Assembly: GCA_027021705.1 (NCBI GenBank)
Contig: JALUTT010000087.1
Coordinates: forward strand, 1-38,058
DNA: 38,058 bases
Direction of reading: 5' to 3'
From: Anaerolineae bacterium
GTDB taxonomy: Bacteria > Chloroflexota > Anaerolineae > S140-20
The number at the start of each line of letters is the position of its first letter. Position 1 is the first letter of the stretch. The notes beneath the pieces were generated by a model. The model ran no database searches and was not told where the DNA came from. It saw only the letters and a list, made by a program, of their open reading frames with translations. Shown piece after piece: positions 34,107 through 38,058 of the stretch. Both the position numbers and the translations under genes were made by a program.

Positions 34107-35896
34107 CAGACTCCCATATCCCTCATCCAGCGTTTCACCTGCTCACGGCGGGCACCGGGGTTGGCGGGCAGGCGCAGAGGGCGCCCTCGGGCGTCCACGA
34201 TCAGACCTAGGAGCGAGGGAGGGATTTCGATGGGACCTCCCCCCCGGCCGGGTCCTCCCCGGCCCACGTCAATCCCTCGGCGGGGACGGAGTTCCAGGCG
34301 GGCCTTCTCCCCGGGGGGCAAAGGGTGTAGTTCCAGCGTCCCATAGCGCACGTCTACCTCGTAACCTCCGCCGCTCTCGTAGGTGAGCTTGATCCGCAGG
34401 ACGATGTCCCCCGGTCTGGCCCGTCCGATAGGGCTGATGACGGTGCCCAGGTTGACGAAGGCGCCGCCGTCCAGCGTGTCCACGGCCACCAAGGGTTTCA
34501 GGGTCGCAACTGCCCCCAGCCCCGGAGCCAAGTCATAGGGGTCCAAGAGGAGCGTGGTGATCCCCACGGGCTCTAGGGCGTCTAGCAGCATCAAGGCGGC
34601 CTGACCGGGGCGGGGCGCTCGGGTCAGGACGGTTCCCCGCGCGATGATGGGCTCGACCTGGGGGGCTAGCCTCCGGTGGAAGGGGACGTTCGCCCGCCTC
34701 CAGGCGGCACGGGCGGTCTCCAGGACTGCCCGTAGGGCCTCGCGGGCGATGGCCTGCTGGATGATCAGTTCCCGCTTCTCCAAGGGGATCGTGGCGGGCC
34801 ACAGCACCTGATTGTGGGCGACGGTCAGGATCTCCCCCGGCTCTGCCGGGAAGGGGAGCCAGCGCTGAATCGCCTCGATTCCTCGGCTCTCCACCGTTGC
34901 CAGCGCGTTGTGCCCTACACCCAGGTCGGTGCGCACGGTCATCGAGAGCCGACCGTTGAAGCTGGCGGCCACGACGGTGTTGGCGCTCCCTACGTCTACG
35001 CCTAGGACACCCTTGGGGCCTTCGTAGCGGTAGTCCAGGTAGTTGACCAGGTAACCGAAGGCGCGGGCCGTGGGCAGGATAGGGCCGGTGCTCCAGGCTT
35101 GGAGGGCGTGGATGCCCGGCAGGTTCCCCAGCTTGCGCTTCTGGTAGAGGCGGTCGAAGACCATCTCGGCGGTGGTCAGGTTCTCCACGTCCAGGGAGGG
35201 ACGGACATTGTCCACGACGATGTAGGCTATCTCGTCCCCCAGTATCTCGGCGATCTGAGCCCGCAGGGCTGCGTTGCCGGCGTAGACGAGGTCAGGCTGA
35301 GGGGCGGAATCCATCAGGGAGCAGGCCAGCGCTACGGTCTCCACCAACTCCAGCACAGGCTGGCTAGCCCCCCCGTCGGTCCCGCCAGCGACCCAGACCA
35401 CGTCGGGACGGTGCTGGCGGATCCGGCGAATGCGTTCGTTGTCCCGCTGATGCAGGTCCGCTCCGCTGGGGGCGATGGTGTCCAGGACCCGGACGTAGGA
35501 GGTCTGGGCGGCGCGCTCCAGGCTGGCCACGCTGATCTCCCGGACCAGACCGGCCAGGACCACCCGCAGAGGCTGGGCCGCGCTGGAGGTGACGACGAGG
35601 AGGTCTACTCCGGCCGTTCCCTCCGTGGGGATGATGAGGTGGCCCTGCTCGTCGAGCAGGGGACGTCCGACGATCTCCTCCAGTTGGGAGACGGCGTGTA
35701 GGAAGCCCACGCTGATGTCGGACCAAGGAGGCTCAACCGTTGTAGGAGCCTCGCTGCGGGCGACGAAGCGGTAGGTGTTGTCCACCTGCTCGATGAGGGC
35801 CACGCGCGTCAGGCTGCTCCCGCAGTCCGCCACGAGGGCGAACTGCACCTGGCCCACTTCTGGGATTTCCGTCGGTGTTGCAATCTGGTTAGACAC
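34106..35896 (-). CDS. GlmL/MutL (glutamate mutase L)-like actin-fold (ASKHA) ATPase
   Basis: ADCGSSLTR (phosphate 1), PTTVE, TSSAA, AGGTDGG, YAGN, DNVRP, ILPTA, GVDVGSANT (phosphate 2). Confidence 0.8.
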   Translation of the reverse strand: MSNQIATPTEIPEVGQVQFALVADCGSSLTRVALIEQVDNTYRFVARSEAPTTVEPPWSDISVGFLHAVSQLEEIVGRPLLDEQGHLIIPTEGTAGVDLLVVTSSAAQPLRVVLAGLVREISVASLERAAQTSYVRVLDTIAPSGADLHQRDNERIRRIRQHRPDVVWVAGGTDGGASQPVLELVETVALACSLMDSAPQPDLVYAGNAALRAQIAEILGDEIAYIVVDNVRPSLDVENLTTAEMVFDRLYQKRKLGNLPGIHALQAWSTGPILPTARAFGYLVNYLDYRYEGPKGVLGVDVGSANTVVAASFNGRLSMTVRTDLGVGHNALATVESRGIEAIQRWLPFPAEPGEILTVAHNQVLWPATIPLEKRELIIQQAIAREALRAVLETARAAWRRANVPFHRRLAPQVEPIIARGTVLTRAPRPGQAALMLLDALEPVGITTLLLDPYDLAPGLGAVATLKPLVAVDTLDGGAFVNLGTVISPIGRARPGDIVLRIKLTYESGGGYEVDVRYGTLELHPLPPGEKARLELRPRRGIDVGRGGPGRGGGPIEIPPSLLGLIVDARGRPLRLPANPGARREQVKRWMRDMGV

Positions 35897-36548
35897 CGGC
35901 CAGTCGCTCCACGGTCTCGATGATGAACTGTAGGCGCTCGACGAGAACGCTCACGCTGGCGATGAGTACGCCGGCGAAGACCGCCCCGAAGCTGACGAAG
36001 AGGAAGAAACGGCCTAGACGGGTGCTCAGCGCGATCAGACGTCCGCTCACTCCCCGGCGCAGGGTGAAGGTGAAGACCATCAGACTGGTGACCGTTCCCA
36101 CGACGATGAGCAGCCCATCCAGAGGTCCGTTGAGGGGGTCGTCGGGATAGCTGAAAGGACTAAGGGGACGCATGGCAGCGCCGGCCTGGGGGAGCAGCGT
36201 GCCCACCAGGGCACCACCTACAGCCACGGCTATCCCCACGCCCAGCAGCAGGGCGATGGAAAAGTTGCCCAGCCAACTCAAGGAGCGCACTCCTCGGGCC
36301 AGCAGCAGCCCTCCAAGGAGGAAGGGCACAAGGCCCAGCAAGACGTTGACGTTGCCCCTCAGCACCCAGTCCAGCAGCAGGGGACGGAGGATCGCGTGCC
36401 AGGCCACGACGACCGCGTAGGCAACGCTGGCCCCCACGAAGATGTGAAGGGCGACGCGGTATAGAGGGTTGTCGCCGATCAGGTAGCTGAAGACCAGCAG
36501 TGTGATGACCAACCCAACAATAGCGCCGATGGTATCGTTGAGGATCAT
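35889..36548 (-). CDS. Conserved multi-pass membrane protein (about 6 TM)
   Basis: FSYLIGDNPLYR motif; six hydrophobic segments; overlaps both neighbouring genes. Confidence 0.8.
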   Translation of the reverse strand: MILNDTIGAIVGLVITLLVFSYLIGDNPLYRVALHIFVGASVAYAVVVAWHAILRPLLLDWVLRGNVNVLLGLVPFLLGGLLLARGVRSLSWLGNFSIALLLGVGIAVAVGGALVGTLLPQAGAAMRPLSPFSYPDDPLNGPLDGLLIVVGTVTSLMVFTFTLRRGVSGRLIALSTRLGRFFLFVSFGAVFAGVLIASVSVLVERLQFIIETVERLAGV

Positions 36549-38058
36549 CCGTGGGACCTCCCTCGGCGGACCGATTGGGTCACGAGCCCAAGCAGGATCA
36601 GCAGGACGATGACCACCTGGGCGAGCATCTGAGCGTCGAGGCGGAGGGTCGCGGGGGCGGAAGGCCCCTCACCGAGCAGCCGCTCGTAGTCGGCGGCACC
36701 GGCCAACCCGCTGACGAGCCCTCGGAGTTGCTCCGACTCCCGATAAGGGCGGGCCAGGGGCTCGATGGCCGCGCTGACCCCGGCTACCAGAGGGCGATCG
36801 AGAGGGATCGCGGCCTGCTCCACCCACCAGCGGAGGGCTTCGGGATCGGCCTCTAAGATCACGATGAGGCTGACCTCTTCGATGGCCGGCGCGCCCTGGA
36901 CGACGGGCAGCGTGTTCAGCCTGCGTCCCCGGAGATCACGGCCGTAGAAGCCGCCCCCCTGCCTGCTCAGCCGTCGGATGGCGACGGCCTCGCCGGGTAA
37001 GTAGCCCAGGTTGACGTAGTCTTGGTCGGGCAGGTAGCCGACTTCCCGGCTCAGGTCATCCAGCGCCAATTGAGCCAGGAGCGCCCCTTCCGGGCGCAGG
37101 CTGAGGGTAAGGAGCCGGGCCTGGCGCCGGACTAGGTGGCGGAGCAGGGCGCGGGCGATGGGATCCATCTCGCCAGCCCGTCCCAGGTCGTAGTCGAAGA
37201 CGACGAGGACCGTGTCGTCGGCGGCCACTTGACCTTCGATGAAGGCGTAGAGCCCCTGAGCGTCACTGCCGACGGGATTGCTGGCGGGGAAGAGGCGCGT
37301 GCCCAGAAGGAGCGGGGTGAGCACAGCAGCCAGAAGAAGCAGAGTGACGACCCACTGCTCCAAGCGGGAGCCCGGTCCCTCCCGCCGAGCTTCGGCGAGG
37401 GGGGTGGGGGAGGGTTGTGCTGCCCGGGCTAGGATCTCCTGGAAAAGATTGGCTCGCTTGACGCTGACGGCCGACGGAGAGAGGTCAAGGGGGCCCTTCG
37501 TCACCGGGGGATGGACGACGATCTCGGCGACAGGGATCACACCGACGAGGCCGGCCAACAGCCCTTTGGTCTCTGGCTCTTCTTCGGGGGGCGGAGGAGG
37601 TGCCTGCTCCCTTCCAGGCCGGAGCGCTTCCATCCAGGCGGGGATTTCCGCCGGGGCCAATCCCATCTCTTCCGGTTTGGTCAGCGGGATTGCCCTCTCG
37701 GTGGGCGGGGCTGTTTCCTCCGGTGGGGCCGCTTCTTCGGCGGGCGGGGCCGGCGGTGCTTCCGGCGGGGCGGCCTCGGTGGGGGCCAGTTCCCGCAGCC
37801 AGTCGGGGATCTCGGCCTCTTCGGTGGGTGGGACCGCTTCCTCGGCGGGCGGGGCCGGCGGTGCTTCCGGCGGGGCGGCCTCGGTGGGGGCCAGTTCCCG
37901 CAGCCAGTCGGGGATCTCGGCCTCTTCGGTGGGTGGGGCCGCTTCTTCGGCGGGCGGGGCCGGCGGTGCTTCCGGCGGGGCGGCCTCGGTGGGGGCCAGT
38001 TCCCGCAGCCAGTCGGGGATCTCGGCCTCTTCGGTGGGTGGGACCGCTTCCTCGGCGG
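36545..38058 (-). CDS. Membrane protein with N-terminal acidic Pro-rich repeats, a TM, an extracellular alpha/beta domain and a C-terminal TM; 5' end lies outside the window
   Basis: The frame of ORF 36545..37666 stays open to the window end; EIPDWLREL repeats; VVFDYD, DYVNLGYLPG, WWVEQ, GLVSGLAGAADYE. Confidence 0.85.
   Translation of the reverse strand, partial: AEEAVPPTEEAEIPDWLRELAPTEAAPPEAPPAPPAEEAAPPTEEAEIPDWLRELAPTEAAPPEAPPAPPAEEAVPPTEEAEIPDWLRELAPTEAAPPEAPPAPPAEEAAPPEETAPPTERAIPLTKPEEMGLAPAEIPAWMEALRPGREQAPPPPPEEEPETKGLLAGLVGVIPVAEIVVHPPVTKGPLDLSPSAVSVKRANLFQEILARAAQPSPTPLAEARREGPGSRLEQWVVTLLLLAAVLTPLLLGTRLFPASNPVGSDAQGLYAFIEGQVAADDTVLVVFDYDLGRAGEMDPIARALLRHLVRRQARLLTLSLRPEGALLAQLALDDLSREVGYLPDQDYVNLGYLPGEAVAIRRLSRQGGGFYGRDLRGRRLNTLPVVQGAPAIEEVSLIVILEADPEALRWWVEQAAIPLDRPLVAGVSAAIEPLARPYRESEQLRGLVSGLAGAADYERLLGEGPSAPATLRLDAQMLAQVVIVLLILLGLVTQSVRRGRSHG
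37722..38058 (-). repeat. Coding tandem repeat, 105-nt (35-aa) unit, at least 3.2 copies, alternating A/B variants
   Basis: Unit AEEA(V/A)PPTEEAEIPDWLRELAPTEAAPPEAPPAPP; exact identity at a 210-nt period. Confidence 0.95.

Noticed and set aside
34106..35896. DNA mismatch repair MutL
   Set aside because: Name collision only; the motifs are actin/ASKHA-type, not GHKL.
37722..38058. Possible CRISPR array
   Set aside because: No unique spacers; whole units repeat in frame within a CDS, and there are no cas genes.

Overview
GC-rich bacterial window. I infer a Chloroflexota/Anaerolineae host from an 'IFLPLIQK'-type C-terminus, PDWL acidic repeats and PT-rich surface proteins. Every credible gene is on the minus strand. 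In transcription order (right to left): (1) an uncharacterised, translationally coupled operon: acidic 35-aa-repeat membrane protein, multi-TM protein, GlmL/MutL-like actin-fold ATPase, barrel/KOW-like protein and an IPQTG-tailed PT-rich protein, with no glutamate mutase genes in the window; (2) a STAND-type ATPase/OmpR-wHTH regulator, a 5-GAF histidine kinase and a REC-HK hybrid; (3) pspA followed by a membrane-stress-like operon (SBP, SBP-vWA, TM/coiled-coil, NfeD, SPFH, LivJ-like lipoprotein) whose leader holds a 124-bp MITE-like/structured element; (4) a four-gene restriction-like defence operon (DUF499 ATPase, DUF3780-like protein, DUF1156 N6A methylase, PLD-SNF2 nuclease-helicase) preceded by a deleted, diverged fragment of its own helicase gene, with REP-like palindromes embedded in-frame in the methylase; (5) a secreted gene pair including a membrane-tethered peptidase S74 fibre protein; (6) rsgA, pcrA/uvrD and the 5' part of a membrane sensor. 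I saw no rRNA, tRNA, CRISPR array, integrase or transposase. Family assignments come from motif recognition by eye, not database searches.
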